Below, piece by piece: positions 43,281 through 52,838 of a stretch of 64,000 nucleotides of DNA. The position numbers and the translations under genes were made by a program. The notes beneath the pieces are model-generated. The model was not told the DNA's origin. It searched no databases and saw nothing but the letters and a program-made list of their open reading frames with translations. Position 1 is the first letter of the stretch. Every line of letters starts with the position of its first letter. Origin of the DNA: Candidatus Entotheonellaceae bacterium (lineage in GTDB: Bacteria; Tectomicrobia; Entotheonellia; Entotheonellales; Entotheonellaceae); the NCBI GenBank assembly GCA_965238075.1, contig OZ250173.1, positions 960,001 through 1,024,000 on the forward strand. Direction: 5' to 3'.

Positions 43281-44051
43281 TTACGGCGCCATGACCGAAT
43301 AGCCGCCGTCCACCGGCAGCGCCACGCCGGTGATGAAGTCCGACGCCTTGCTAGCCAGAAATACCGCCACCCCCGCCAAATCCTCCGGCTCGCCCCAGCG
43401 CGCTTGCGGGCTGCGCGACAGCACCCGCTCGTGCAGGCCGGGCAGGTCCCGGATGGCCTGATTGGTCAACGTGGTGTACAGCCAGCCCGGCAGAATGGCG
43501 TTCACCTGGATGTTGTCCTTGGCCCACGCCACCGCCAGGCTCTTGGTGAACTGCACCACGCCGCCCTTGCTGGCGCCGTACGCCAATACGTGGCTGCCGC
43601 CGAAGATGGAAAACATCGAGCCGTTGTTGATGATCTTGCCGCCGCCGCCCCGCACCATCGCGTCGTGCACGGCCTGCGAGCACAGGAAGGTGCTGGTCAG
43701 GTTGGTGTCCATGATGGTGCGCCAATCGTCCATGCTGAGTTCCTCGGGCGGCCGGCGAATATTGGTGCCCGCGTTATTGACCAGAATGTCCAGCCTATCG
43801 AACGCCTGCAGCGTCTGCGCCACCATGGCGTGCACGGAGGCTTCGTCGCACACGTCGACCTGCACCTCCAGCACCTCGACGCCATGCGCCTGCCGCAATT
43901 CGGCTGCCGTCTCGGCGGTCTTGGCCTGATCGCGAGCCGCGATCACCAGGTTCGCGCCGGCCGCCGCCAGACCCAGCGCCATGCCACGTCCCAGGCCGCC
44001 GTTGCCCCCCGTCACGATCGCCGCTTTACCGCGCAGATCAAACAAATCCAT
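43281..44051 (-). CDS. SDR oxidoreductase (KduD / gluconate dehydrogenase-like)
   Basis: TGGNGGLG, NNAG, YGASK, VDGGY. Confidence 0.92.
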   Translation of the reverse strand: MDLFDLRGKAAIVTGGNGGLGRGMALGLAAAGANLVIAARDQAKTAETAAELRQAHGVEVLEVQVDVCDEASVHAMVAQTLQAFDRLDILVNNAGTNIRRPPEELSMDDWRTIMDTNLTSTFLCSQAVHDAMVRGGGGKIINNGSMFSIFGGSHVLAYGASKGGVVQFTKSLAVAWAKDNIQVNAILPGWLYTTLTNQAIRDLPGLHERVLSRSPQARWGEPEDLAGVAVFLASKASDFITGVALPVDGGYSVMAP

Positions 44052-44188
44052 CGCCTGCCCTCCCTCTGTCGACACTTGACAACGATGCCAATCTCACCTA
44101 CAACTCACCCCTGCGCAACTCGTCCCCGAGGCGTGAAAATGATGCGCTGAGCCGGGCGGGAAATGGATTGTGGCGGGAGGAGTTGACG

Positions 44189-44995
44189 ATGCTCACCGGT
44201 GAGATTGACGGTTATTTGACATACTACGAAATCGACGACTTCACGGACCCCTGGAAAGAGCCGGAAATGGTGCTACTCTACCACGGTCTGGGACGCACCG
44301 TCGATGTGTGGTACGGCTGGGTGCCCGTCCTGGCAAGACACTATCGCGTGCTGCGAACGGACTACCGCGGGCATGGCCGCTCGGCACCGCCGCGGGTGGG
44401 TTATCCGTGGTCCCTGGAGACCCTGGCGCGCGAGGCCAAGTTGCTGCTCGATCGTCTGGCAGTTCGCCGCATTCACTGGGTGGGAGAGTCGCTGGGGGGA
44501 AACGTGGGGATTCAGTTTGCCCTCGATTATCCGGACCGCTTGGCCAGCCTGACGCTGTGCTCCACGCCGTATCGCTATCCCGGTGCGGTGCAGGACAAGG
44601 TGCGGCAGTGGTCGAAACAACTCCAGCAAATGAGCGTCAAGGAATGGTATTTGTACGACACCACCACGCGGTTCGACCCCGACAAAGACGATCAGCAGAT
44701 GATTCAGTGGTTTGCCGATCTGGTGGGGCGCACGGATGTTGACGTTATCCGTGCCATCTCGCGCTTCCTGCCGAGTGTTAACATGTCAACGAAGTGCCCA
44801 CGAGTGCCGGTGCCGACGCTCATTTTGCATCCCGGCCAGTCGCCGATCGCCCCGGTGGAAGACGCGCGGGCGATGTGCGAGTCCATCCCCAACGGGCGTC
44901 TGGTGGTGTTCTACGACGCCAGCCATCATGTCTTCCTGACTCGCAGCGAAGAATGTGCCCACGAAACCTTGCGCTTCCTCGGCGCCCTCTCCTGA
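44189..44995 (+). CDS. Alpha/beta hydrolase
   Basis: HGLG, DYRGHG, GESLGG nucleophile elbow, C-terminal His. Confidence 0.9.
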   Translation: MLTGEIDGYLTYYEIDDFTDPWKEPEMVLLYHGLGRTVDVWYGWVPVLARHYRVLRTDYRGHGRSAPPRVGYPWSLETLAREAKLLLDRLAVRRIHWVGESLGGNVGIQFALDYPDRLASLTLCSTPYRYPGAVQDKVRQWSKQLQQMSVKEWYLYDTTTRFDPDKDDQQMIQWFADLVGRTDVDVIRAISRFLPSVNMSTKCPRVPVPTLILHPGQSPIAPVEDARAMCESIPNGRLVVFYDASHHVFLTRSEECAHETLRFLGALS

Positions 44996-45027
44996 TCCAA
45001 CGCCCTTCTCGCCGTGCTCCGGCCTGC

Positions 45028-46152
45028 TCAGGCAATAATCGCCTTTTCCAGAACCTGGTCGTCAAACTCCAGCCCAAAGCCGGGCCTGTCCGGCAACTTG
45101 ATGACGCCGTTTTCAGGAATGATCGGGTCCACGAAGAGTTCCGCCACACGCTCGGCGGGGCCGGTGAATTCCTCTGAGAATTCGTGCGGCCTGACGGCGT
45201 TGGTGACGGTGCCGTAGGCATGCAGGCTGGCAACCGAGTTGACGCCGACGTTGGGGCTGTGCGGCATGATGACCTTGTTGCTGGCCACCGCCATGTCGTA
45301 CACCCGCAGCATTTCGGTGAGGCCGCCGACGTTCAGGATGTCCGGCTGCAGGATGTCGGGATTCGCCAAGTCCATCAGGTCCCGGAAGCGCCACGACGAG
45401 GTCTCCTGCTCTCCAGTAGACACGGCGCAGTCCAGCGCGTCCACCACCTGCCGCAAGCCGCGCAGGTCGTATTGCGGCAGCGGCTCCTCAAAGTGCGCCA
45501 CGCCAAACGACTCCAGCCGGCGGCCCTGCTCGATCGCCGTGGGGACGGAATAGCCGTTGTTGGCGTCGAAGCCTAGCGGCACGTCGTCGGGCAGCCACTC
45601 CCGGCAGGTACGGAAAATGGCGAAGTCCTTCATTGGGTTGCCGTCCTGCCGATAATCTCGCCAATCCATGCGCACCTTGAATGCCCGGAAGCCCTTTTCA
45701 AACCCTTCCTGCACCTCCTGCAGCATGGCGCCGGGAGCCTTCTTCCAGCCGTTGCCGCGACTCCAGTACAAAGGGATCTCCCGCCGCTTGAGGCCGCCGA
45801 GCAGCGTGTGCACCGGAAGACCGGCCGCCTTGCCAAGGATGTCCCAGCAACAAATGTCGATGGCGCCGACGACCTGCGGCGGAAACCGCGTCGCGTGTTG
45901 AGCGCCACCCTGCGCCAGCAGTTCCCAGATGCGCTTGGGCTGCAGGGGATTGACGCCAACCAGCAGCGGCTTGATGAGGTCGTCGACATAAGCCCGGAAC
46001 ACACTCAGGTTGCGGGAACCCTCGGCGATGCCCACGATGCCCTCGTCGGTATACACACGCACGATCAACCGGCCACCGGCACCAACGAAGGGGGTTGCTT
46101 CCTTGGGTAAGAAGCTCTTCAACTGGTTCACTGTGATGTCTGTGATCTTCAA
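45028..46152 (-). CDS. Mandelate racemase / muconate lactonizing enzyme family
   Basis: WDILGK, FKVR, DANN, EEP, GEQ, QPD; TTG start. Confidence 0.9.
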   Translation of the reverse strand: MKITDITVNQLKSFLPKEATPFVGAGGRLIVRVYTDEGIVGIAEGSRNLSVFRAYVDDLIKPLLVGVNPLQPKRIWELLAQGGAQHATRFPPQVVGAIDICCWDILGKAAGLPVHTLLGGLKRREIPLYWSRGNGWKKAPGAMLQEVQEGFEKGFRAFKVRMDWRDYRQDGNPMKDFAIFRTCREWLPDDVPLGFDANNGYSVPTAIEQGRRLESFGVAHFEEPLPQYDLRGLRQVVDALDCAVSTGEQETSSWRFRDLMDLANPDILQPDILNVGGLTEMLRVYDMAVASNKVIMPHSPNVGVNSVASLHAYGTVTNAVRPHEFSEEFTGPAERVAELFVDPIIPENGVIKLPDRPGFGLEFDDQVLEKAIIA

Positions 46153-46390
46153 CGTCTCACCTCGCGAACAGCAATGACCATAAACCCAACCCGCCACTCC
46201 ATGCCGGGAGCGCAGCATATGGGCCCCAGATAACATTGTCAATCGGCATCCCACCACCGGCACGTGGCGCCCGCCACCGGCCCCGCAAAGCGCCGCGCCG
46301 TTGTGCTAAGATGCCCGCTCGCTGCTCGCCCGGCGAGCCGTTGTGGCGCCTTGCGACAGAGACGTGACCTGAAAAGGAAAGGAATCTCGA

Positions 46391-46741
46391 ATGAAAGGCA
46401 ACCACGTGCTTTGCGCCGTTGCGGCGGCATGCCTCTTGTTGGCTTCGGCGGTTATCACCGGGGCGCACAACAAGGATCAGAAACACTTCGAGAAGCTCTA
46501 CTACGACTACCTCATACCCGATACGGACTTGTACTACGCCTCCTGTAAAGTCTGCCACATTAACAAGCGGAAACTGAACTCGTACGGCAGGGCGCTGCGG
46601 CGCGCCAAGAAGGCAGGCATGGAACCGGCGGTGGAAATCTATCTCGCCGTCGAGGAAAAGGATTCCGACTACGACGGCGTCTCGAACGGTGAGGAAATCC
46701 GGCTAGGCACCAAGCCGGGCGACGACGAATCCCATCCCTAA
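46391..46741 (+). CDS. Small secreted CxxCH protein with DSDxDG Ca-binding-like tail
   Basis: Signal peptide, SCKVCH, LNSYG, DSDYDGVSNGEEIRLGTKPGD. Confidence 0.75.
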   Translation: MKGNHVLCAVAAACLLLASAVITGAHNKDQKHFEKLYYDYLIPDTDLYYASCKVCHINKRKLNSYGRALRRAKKAGMEPAVEIYLAVEEKDSDYDGVSNGEEIRLGTKPGDDESHP

Positions 46742-46756
46742 CCGACGACTCGGCGT

Positions 46757-47668
46757 TCACAACGGCAGCTTCACCAGCACGGGGGGATGCTCGGAGACGC
46801 CGGCCAGTGGCGGCAAGACCCGCACTCTGGCGTCAGGCCAGCCGCTGCCAAGGAGCACGCCGCCGGCTTCCGGACGCAGGGTTGGTGTAGCGCCCAAGTA
46901 GGCGCAGATTCCATCCGCATCGGACTCGTCAACCCCCGTCATGACGCAACTCGGCATCGCCGCACGACGCACGATGGCCGCCAACTGCTCTTCCTGCCGC
47001 TGGAACCTGCGGGTGCGACGCAACGCCAGATGAGTCTGCATCAACCGTACACCGCGCACGCCGCAACGCATGTCAACCACCTGCACCGCGTCGTGCGGAG
47101 CAAACAACGCCGCCAGCAAGGGAAACGCCCGCGATTGTGGCAGGCGCTGCCAACTGTTGTGCTCTAGCGGTAGGCGGCTGATGACCCCCTGCCCAGCGCG
47201 CACACGACCAGCTTGCCGCCAAGGCACCGGCAAGTACCGGCACTCCCAGGTCGTCACCGTCGCCACATATCCCCAACCTAGTGCCGCGGCCATGTAGTGC
47301 AGTTGCGCAGTGTCATCCGTGCGGCGACTGGCAAAATCGACCGCTTGCAACAGCACCGCGTCGGCCCCGCAAGCCGCGATCGCTTCGATGACGCGGTCCA
47401 GCCGATCATACACCGCCGCGGCCTCCTGCGGCGCCGACCGCCACCCCGCTCCGCCGAGTCCGTAAGCCAAGTTATAAGAAAACAGGGTCAGCAAGTCTGG
47501 TGGCGCGGCGGACGACTCGGGAAGACTCCCGGAAATGGCCTCGACGATGCCGACGCCCTGCGCCTCAAAGACGGTTTTGCCGCCACCGGCCCACAGCACC
47601 GCACCGGTCACTAGGACCAGCAGCACCAGTGCTATCAGCGCCACGCCCATGCGCCTACCTCCATCCAT
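46757..47668 (-). CDS. Membrane-anchored EEP (endonuclease/exonuclease/phosphatase) fold protein with degenerate active site
   Basis: N-terminal TM; SYNLAYG, LQAVD, THL, SEH motifs. Confidence 0.7.
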   Translation of the reverse strand: MDGGRRMGVALIALVLLVLVTGAVLWAGGGKTVFEAQGVGIVEAISGSLPESSAAPPDLLTLFSYNLAYGLGGAGWRSAPQEAAAVYDRLDRVIEAIAACGADAVLLQAVDFASRRTDDTAQLHYMAAALGWGYVATVTTWECRYLPVPWRQAGRVRAGQGVISRLPLEHNSWQRLPQSRAFPLLAALFAPHDAVQVVDMRCGVRGVRLMQTHLALRRTRRFQRQEEQLAAIVRRAAMPSCVMTGVDESDADGICAYLGATPTLRPEAGGVLLGSGWPDARVRVLPPLAGVSEHPPVLVKLPL

Positions 47669-47794
47669 GCCTCATCCACAAGAAAAAACTGGCGACCACT
47701 TGCCGGGTATGTCATTCTCAACTGTCCAGGATGAGCACGCCGAGGCGATTTCGTGGGACAACACCAGATCAGGGTTGGAGGAGAGGCGACACCC

Positions 47795-48085
47795 ATGGCG
47801 ACACGACAAAAGCTATCCGAGGCGGAGGTGGCCGCTCGGCTGCCCGAGTTGCAGGGCTGGGAACTCATTGACGGCAAACTCAGCAAAACGTTCCGATTCG
47901 ACACATTCGTCAACGCTTTCGGGTTCATGGCCAGCGTCGCACTGGCGGCGGAATCGATGAACCACCATCCGGAATGGTCCAACGTTTATAATCGCGTCAC
48001 CATCGCCCTGACCACCCACGACGTCGGCGGCCTCAGCGGCCTGGATTTCACCCTCGCGCAGCGCATCGAAGACATCGCCGCCTGA
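47795..48085 (+). CDS. phhB: Pterin-4-alpha-carbinolamine dehydratase
   Basis: [23 protein letters not shown]. Confidence 0.93.
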   Translation: MATRQKLSEAEVAARLPELQGWELIDGKLSKTFRFDTFVNAFGFMASVALAAESMNHHPEWSNVYNRVTIALTTHDVGGLSGLDFTLAQRIEDIAA

Positions 48086-48117
48086 GGCGCCGCGATCTTG
48101 GAAAGGAGGCTCTGCAA

Positions 48118-48531
48118 ATGGACAAGCCGAGCGACAAGAACATCGCCAAAATGCAGAAATACGCCGAGAAATTTGCCGAAAAGTCAGGTAGTTACCTGCA
48201 CCCGGACCGCAGCGTCACGGAAACCGTTGTCGAGGGTTTGGCGCGGCATATCGAGGAGGTCGGCGTGCCGCTGTGCCCGTGCAACTTCTACCCCGACAAG
48301 CCGGCCGAGGCGAAGCTGCGCCGCTGGCGTTGCGCCTGCGACGAAATGCAGATGTACAAGTACTGTCACTGCCTGTTGTTCGTTAACAAGGAGGGCGTCC
48401 CGATTACCGAGCACCTACCCGAGGATCACGAGGGACGGCAGATATACGGCCTTGTGAAAGACCCACATGCTGATAAAGGACGGGCGATGCGGCACAGGAT
48501 CGGCGCCACCGAGGAGGCGGCGCACGATTAA
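48118..48531 (+). CDS. Ferredoxin:thioredoxin reductase catalytic (beta) subunit
   Basis: GLA...PLCPC...CAC.EM...CHCLLF motif set (4Fe-4S plus disulfide). Confidence 0.9.
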   Translation: MDKPSDKNIAKMQKYAEKFAEKSGSYLHPDRSVTETVVEGLARHIEEVGVPLCPCNFYPDKPAEAKLRRWRCACDEMQMYKYCHCLLFVNKEGVPITEHLPEDHEGRQIYGLVKDPHADKGRAMRHRIGATEEAAHD

Positions 48532-48577
48532 GCGCGCGGCGTCTGTCCTGAGCGGCGGGGCGTTCGCCGCGCGCTTT
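48530..48577. terminator. Putative bidirectional terminator between FTR and the seleno-glutaredoxin
   Basis: AAGCGCGCGGCG...CGCCGCGCGCTT inverted repeat filling the convergent gap. Confidence 0.55.
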
Positions 48578-48578
48578 C

Positions 48579-48812
48579 CTACGAGGCGAGCGCCGCGTCG
48601 ATGGCGGCGGGATTAAATCCGCTGAGCCGCTGCTCGCCGATCACCACCACCGGCAGGGAGCGCAACCCCATGCCGATCAATTCCTGCACGGCGTCGGGAT
48701 CACGGGCGACATTTTTTTCAACAAACGCGACCCCCTTCTGCGATAGATACTCCATCGCTTGGTGACAGGGGCCTCAACCGACGTTGCTGTAGACGATCAC
48801 TTCTTTGTCCAC
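48579..48812 (-). CDS. Glutaredoxin/NrdH-like selenoprotein (UGPC; Sec UGA at 48774-48776)
   Basis: Manual translation MDKEVIVYSNVG-U-GPCHQAMEYLSQKGVAFVEKNVARDPDAVQELIGMGLRSLPVVVIGEQRLSGFNPAAIDAALAS*; RBS AAAGGAAG; absent from the ORF track. Confidence 0.9.
48729..48773 (-). promoter_or_regulatory. Bacterial SECIS-like stem-loop (glutaredoxin gene)
   Basis: Directly after UGA: lower stem GGCCCC/GGGGUC and apical hairpin GCGAUGGA-GUA-UCUAUCGC. Confidence 0.75.
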
Positions 48813-48851
48813 GCTCACTTCCTTTCTCTCAGCCCGCGCCTTGCCGCGGAA

Positions 48852-49199
48852 TTAGCCCAACGTCTCAACCAGTACTTGCTCATTGTAGCCGACGACGAGG
48901 GTGCGTCCGACGCGCAGGGTGGGGGCTCGCAGGTTGCCGGTGGGCCCCAGCATCAGCTTGGCCACCGCGTTATCAGTCGGCGGCTCGGCGCCCAGATCGA
49001 GCTCCGTCAGCTTCTTGCCCTTCGCGACAACCAGGCGGTCGGCCTGCTCCACCAATGCCAACGCATCGCTCAGCCCGAGCTTCCTACTCGCCGGAATCGT
49101 GTCTTGCACCGTCACGTCATGGGTCTCCAAAAACCTGGAAACCTTGGCGCAGGTGGTTCAACCCTTGCGGTGATAGTACCAATCCACTTGCCGGCTCAT
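48852..49199 (-). CDS. ArsC/Spx-like selenoprotein (UTTC; Sec UGA at 49158-49160)
   Basis: Manual translation MSRQVDWYYHRKG-U-TTCAKVSRFLETHDV...LMLGPTGNLRAPTLRVGRTLVVGYNE; RBS GAAGGAG; the ORF track shows only the post-UGA part. Confidence 0.9.
49122..49157 (-). promoter_or_regulatory. Bacterial SECIS-like stem-loop (ArsC-like gene)
   Basis: Hairpin GGUUUCCAG-GUUU-UUGGAGACC beginning 14 nt after the UGA. Confidence 0.75.
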
Positions 49200-49226
49200 G
49201 TGCACTCCTTCGCGGGTCTTGCGCCT

Positions 49227-49526
49227 CTACTCGTCCGCCGTTTCCCCAACGGTGATGCGGTCCTTGATGTTTTCAAAGGTCTTCTCGCCAATTCCCGAGA
49301 CCTTCATGATGTCTTCGATGGTTTCGAAGGACTGTGCCTCCCGGTACTCGATAATGGCCTTAGCTTTTGCTTCACCGATGCCCTTCAACATCATCAACTC
49401 GACCTCGTCGGCCGTGTTGATGTTGATGGGCGTGCCCTCGTCCTGCGCCGTACCCAAACCCAGGCCGCCGACCAGAAGGGCAATCGTCAGGGCAGCGGCT
49501 GCCAAGCGCCGCCTATCGAATTTCAT
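49227..49526 (-). CDS. comEA: ComEA-like helix-hairpin-helix DNA-binding protein
   Basis: Signal peptide; ININTA..EL..LKGIGEAKAKAIIEYR...VSGIGEKTFE. Confidence 0.9.
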   Translation of the reverse strand: MKFDRRRLAAAALTIALLVGGLGLGTAQDEGTPININTADEVELMMLKGIGEAKAKAIIEYREAQSFETIEDIMKVSGIGEKTFENIKDRITVGETADE

Positions 49527-49754
49527 AGGGGGCTCCTTCTCCGTTGAGTGGGCCGAACACGAACAAGAACCGACCTCCCGGAGTCTGTCCGGGAAGTCAG
49601 AAACCGAGGCGGCAGGTTACGGACTGGCACCGGCGAAGTCAAGCCATTCTCGGCTTGACAAACCGTGCGGGGTTTTGCCACCGTACCGGAGCCGAAAACA
49701 CGCGCTCCTTTGGCCAGGAACGTTTGAGACAGTCATCAAACACGGGGATGCGGC

Positions 49755-50606
49755 ATGCGCTTCACCAAGATGCACGGGCTTGGTAACGATTACATATACG
49801 TCAACGGCTTCGACGAACAGGTCGACGACCCCGCCGCGGTGGCGCGGGCGGTGAGCGACCGGCATTTCGGCATCGGCGCCGACGGCCTGATTCTCATCCT
49901 GCCCTCCGACAAAGCCGATTGCCGCATGCGCATGTTCAACGCCGACGGCAGCGAAGCGCAGATGTGCGGCAATGGCATCCGCTGCGTGGCCAAATACGTC
50001 TACGACCACGATATTGCCCGCCGCACTGCCCTGAACGTGGAAACCCTGGTGGGTGTTCTGAATCTGGACTTGTTTGTCGCCGACGGCGTGGTCGACAGGG
50101 TGCGCGTCAAGATGGGCGAGCCTCGCCTGCAGCGGGCGCAGATTCCCATGCAAGGGGCATCGGGCGAAGTGATCAACGAGCCGCTGCCTGTCAATGGCGC
50201 CACCTTCGACGTCACCGCGGTATCGATGGGCAACCCGCATTGCGTGGTGTTCGTGGAAGACGTTGCCAGCTTCGACGTGGCCGGCTGGGGCCCGCACTTT
50301 GAGCACCACGCCGCCTTCCCGGAGGGGGTCAACACCGAGTTCATCCAGGTGCGCGACCGGGAATCGTTCAGCATGCGCGTCTGGGAACGCGGCTCGGGCG
50401 AAACGCTTGCCTGCGGCACCGGCGCCTCGGCCGCCGCGGTGGCGTGCCACCTCACCGGGCGCGCGGACCGGCGGGTCACCGCGCACCTGTTGGGTGGTCC
50501 CCTGGAATTGGAATGGCAGGCCAGCGATAATCAGGTCTTGATGACCGGCCCGGCCGTGGAGGTGTTCAGCGGCGAATGGCAGCAGCAGGAGGAAGCGCGC
50601 TCATGA
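49755..50606 (+). CDS. dapF: Diaminopimelate epimerase
   Basis: [40 protein letters not shown]. Confidence 0.97.
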   Translation: MRFTKMHGLGNDYIYVNGFDEQVDDPAAVARAVSDRHFGIGADGLILILPSDKADCRMRMFNADGSEAQMCGNGIRCVAKYVYDHDIARRTALNVETLVGVLNLDLFVADGVVDRVRVKMGEPRLQRAQIPMQGASGEVINEPLPVNGATFDVTAVSMGNPHCVVFVEDVASFDVAGWGPHFEHHAAFPEGVNTEFIQVRDRESFSMRVWERGSGETLACGTGASAAAVACHLTGRADRRVTAHLLGGPLELEWQASDNQVLMTGPAVEVFSGEWQQQEEARS

Positions 50607-51643
50607 TCGATCTACGCAGCGATACCGTCAGTAAACCGTCCCCGGAGATGCGCCGCGTCATGGCCGAGGCCGAGGTCGGCGACGACGTGTTTGGCGAGGA
50701 TCCGTCCGTCAACCGGTTACAGGAGCTCGCCGCGCAAGTGCTGGGCAAGGAGGCCGCCCTGTACGTGCCCTCCGGCACCATGGCCAATCAGATCTGCATC
50801 AAGGTGCATACGCAGCCCGGCGACGAGATTATCATGGAGCGCACCAGCCACCCGTTCAACAGCGAGTCTGGCGGCTTGGCGGCGCTGTCCGGCGTGCAGG
50901 TCAACCTGCTGGACGGCCAGCGCGGCCTTCTGTCTGCCGAGCAGGTGGCGCGCGTGATTCGCCACGACAACGACGTGCATAACGCTCCGACCCGCCTGGT
51001 ATCGCTGGAAAATACCCACAACCGCGGCGGCGGCACCGTCTATCCCTTGGACCGCATCAAGGAAATCCACGACGTGGCCCGCGCCGAAGGGCTCGCCATG
51101 CACCTCGACGGCGCCCGCCTGATGAACGCCACCGTGGCTTCCGGCCTGCAGGCCATCGAGATCACCCGGTACTTCGATTCGTGCACGCTGTGCCTGTCCA
51201 AGGGCCTGGGCGCGCCGGTCGGCTCCGTCATTGCCGCCAGCGAGGACTTCATCCGCCGGGCGCAGCGCTACCGCAAGATGTTCGGCGGCGGCATGCGGCA
51301 AGCCGGCATCCTGGCCGCCGCCGGCATTTACGCACTGGAGAACAACGTCGAACGCTTGGCCGACGACCATCTGAACGCCAAGCTGCTCGCCGAGCGCATC
51401 AGCGGCGCCCCCGGCCTGCGGGTCGAGCCGTCCAACGTCGAAACCAACATCATCTACCTGCAACTCGACCCGGACGAGGCGCGCGTGGACGCGCCCGGCT
51501 TGGCAGCGGCGATGTGGCAACGGGGTGTCATGGCCCTCGTCATGGGGCGCTACGGCATGCGCCTGGTCATACACCTCGACGTCAGCCGCGACGAGGTGGA
51601 ACGGGCCGCCGAAATCATGTGCAGCATTCTGGAGGTTCGGTAA
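50603..51643 (+). CDS. ltaE: Low-specificity L-threonine aldolase
   Basis: [36 protein letters not shown]. Confidence 0.95.
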   Translation: MIDLRSDTVSKPSPEMRRVMAEAEVGDDVFGEDPSVNRLQELAAQVLGKEAALYVPSGTMANQICIKVHTQPGDEIIMERTSHPFNSESGGLAALSGVQVNLLDGQRGLLSAEQVARVIRHDNDVHNAPTRLVSLENTHNRGGGTVYPLDRIKEIHDVARAEGLAMHLDGARLMNATVASGLQAIEITRYFDSCTLCLSKGLGAPVGSVIAASEDFIRRAQRYRKMFGGGMRQAGILAAAGIYALENNVERLADDHLNAKLLAERISGAPGLRVEPSNVETNIIYLQLDPDEARVDAPGLAAAMWQRGVMALVMGRYGMRLVIHLDVSRDEVERAAEIMCSILEVR

Positions 51644-51674
51644 TTCAATTCGTCAATCAGACAAGGAGCAACGT

Positions 51675-52670
51675 ATGGCGCGGCGGCTGTCCGTAGGCTT
51701 TAACTGGCAGGGGCCATTCGATTGGGAGCAGGGCATTGCGCGGGTGCGCGCGGCCGATGACGCAGGAGTGGATACGGTGTGGGTGCCGGAGGCGTGGGGC
51801 CGCGATTGCTTCACCATGCTGGCGGTGCTGGCGCGCGAGACGAAGCGCATCACGCTCGGCAGCGGCATCGTCAACACCTACTCGCGCACCCCGTCGGCCC
51901 TCGCGCAGCACTTCGCCACCCTCGACGAACTGAGCGGCGGGCGTATGCTGATCGGCCTCGGCACCAGCGGTCGCCGCGTCATCGAGCACTGGCACGGGGT
52001 GCCCTTCCAGCCGTCCCTGACGCGGCTGCGCGAATACATCGAGATTATCCGCATCATCCTCGCCCACGAGCCGCTGCACTACGAGGGCAAGGTGTTCACG
52101 CTGCAGCGCGGCTTCCGGCTGCGCTTCGAGCCGTTGCGCGCCAACATCCCGATTTTCATCGCCTCGCTGACGCCCAAGAGCGTGGCCCAGACCGCCCGGT
52201 TGGCTGACGGCTGGATGCCGGTTCTCATTCCGTTGGGACAACTCGGGCAGGAGGTGAAGGCGTTCCGCCAGCAGGTGTCGGCGGCAGGCCGCGACCCCGG
52301 CAGCGTCGCCGTGCGCAGCCCGGGCAGCGTCACCGTGACCGCCAACATCGAGGCCTACCGGCAGGAAGGCAAGAGTCACATCGCGTTTTACGTCACCAAC
52401 ATGGGCGATTACTATCGCGAGCAACTCACCCGCCTGGGTCATGGCGACGCCGTCCAGACCATTCGCGCCGCCTGGGACAAGGGCGGCCGCGTCGCCGGAA
52501 CCGCCGCGGTGCCCGACGACCTCGTCGACAGCCTGTTTTTCGCCGGATCGCTGGAAGCCTGCCTGGACCGCCTGGCGGCGCAATCGGAAGCGGGAATCGA
52601 CATGCACACCGTGCAGGTGGACGCGCCGCCGGACGAAACCGCTCGCATCCTGCGGCGCTTGGTCGGATGA
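51675..52670 (+). CDS. LLM-class (luciferase-like / F420-dependent) oxidoreductase
   Basis: WVPEAWGRD, TLDELSGGR, ADGW motifs. Confidence 0.9.
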   Translation: MARRLSVGFNWQGPFDWEQGIARVRAADDAGVDTVWVPEAWGRDCFTMLAVLARETKRITLGSGIVNTYSRTPSALAQHFATLDELSGGRMLIGLGTSGRRVIEHWHGVPFQPSLTRLREYIEIIRIILAHEPLHYEGKVFTLQRGFRLRFEPLRANIPIFIASLTPKSVAQTARLADGWMPVLIPLGQLGQEVKAFRQQVSAAGRDPGSVAVRSPGSVTVTANIEAYRQEGKSHIAFYVTNMGDYYREQLTRLGHGDAVQTIRAAWDKGGRVAGTAAVPDDLVDSLFFAGSLEACLDRLAAQSEAGIDMHTVQVDAPPDETARILRRLVG

Positions 52671-52678
52671 CGAAAGCT

Positions 52679-52754
52679 GCGGGTCGAATTGGCGGAGCGT
52701 AATCCGTCCGCAGGCTGCTGCCGTCGGGCTGCGCCTATGGCTGACCGGACCTAC
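52679..52754. repeat. Degenerate REP (REPIN-like) doublet
   Basis: GCGGGTCGAATTGGCGGAGCGTAATCCGTC facing GTCGGGCTGCGCCTATGGCTGACCGGACCTAC (GTAG-type REP ends), between convergent genes. Confidence 0.5.
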
Positions 52755-52838
52755 TTGAAGCCGCCAGTCCACACACCATTCAATCCGACCCGGACCGGCA
52801 ATCCTGAACAATTGTTTCTGATTCATACCCCCGGCTTC

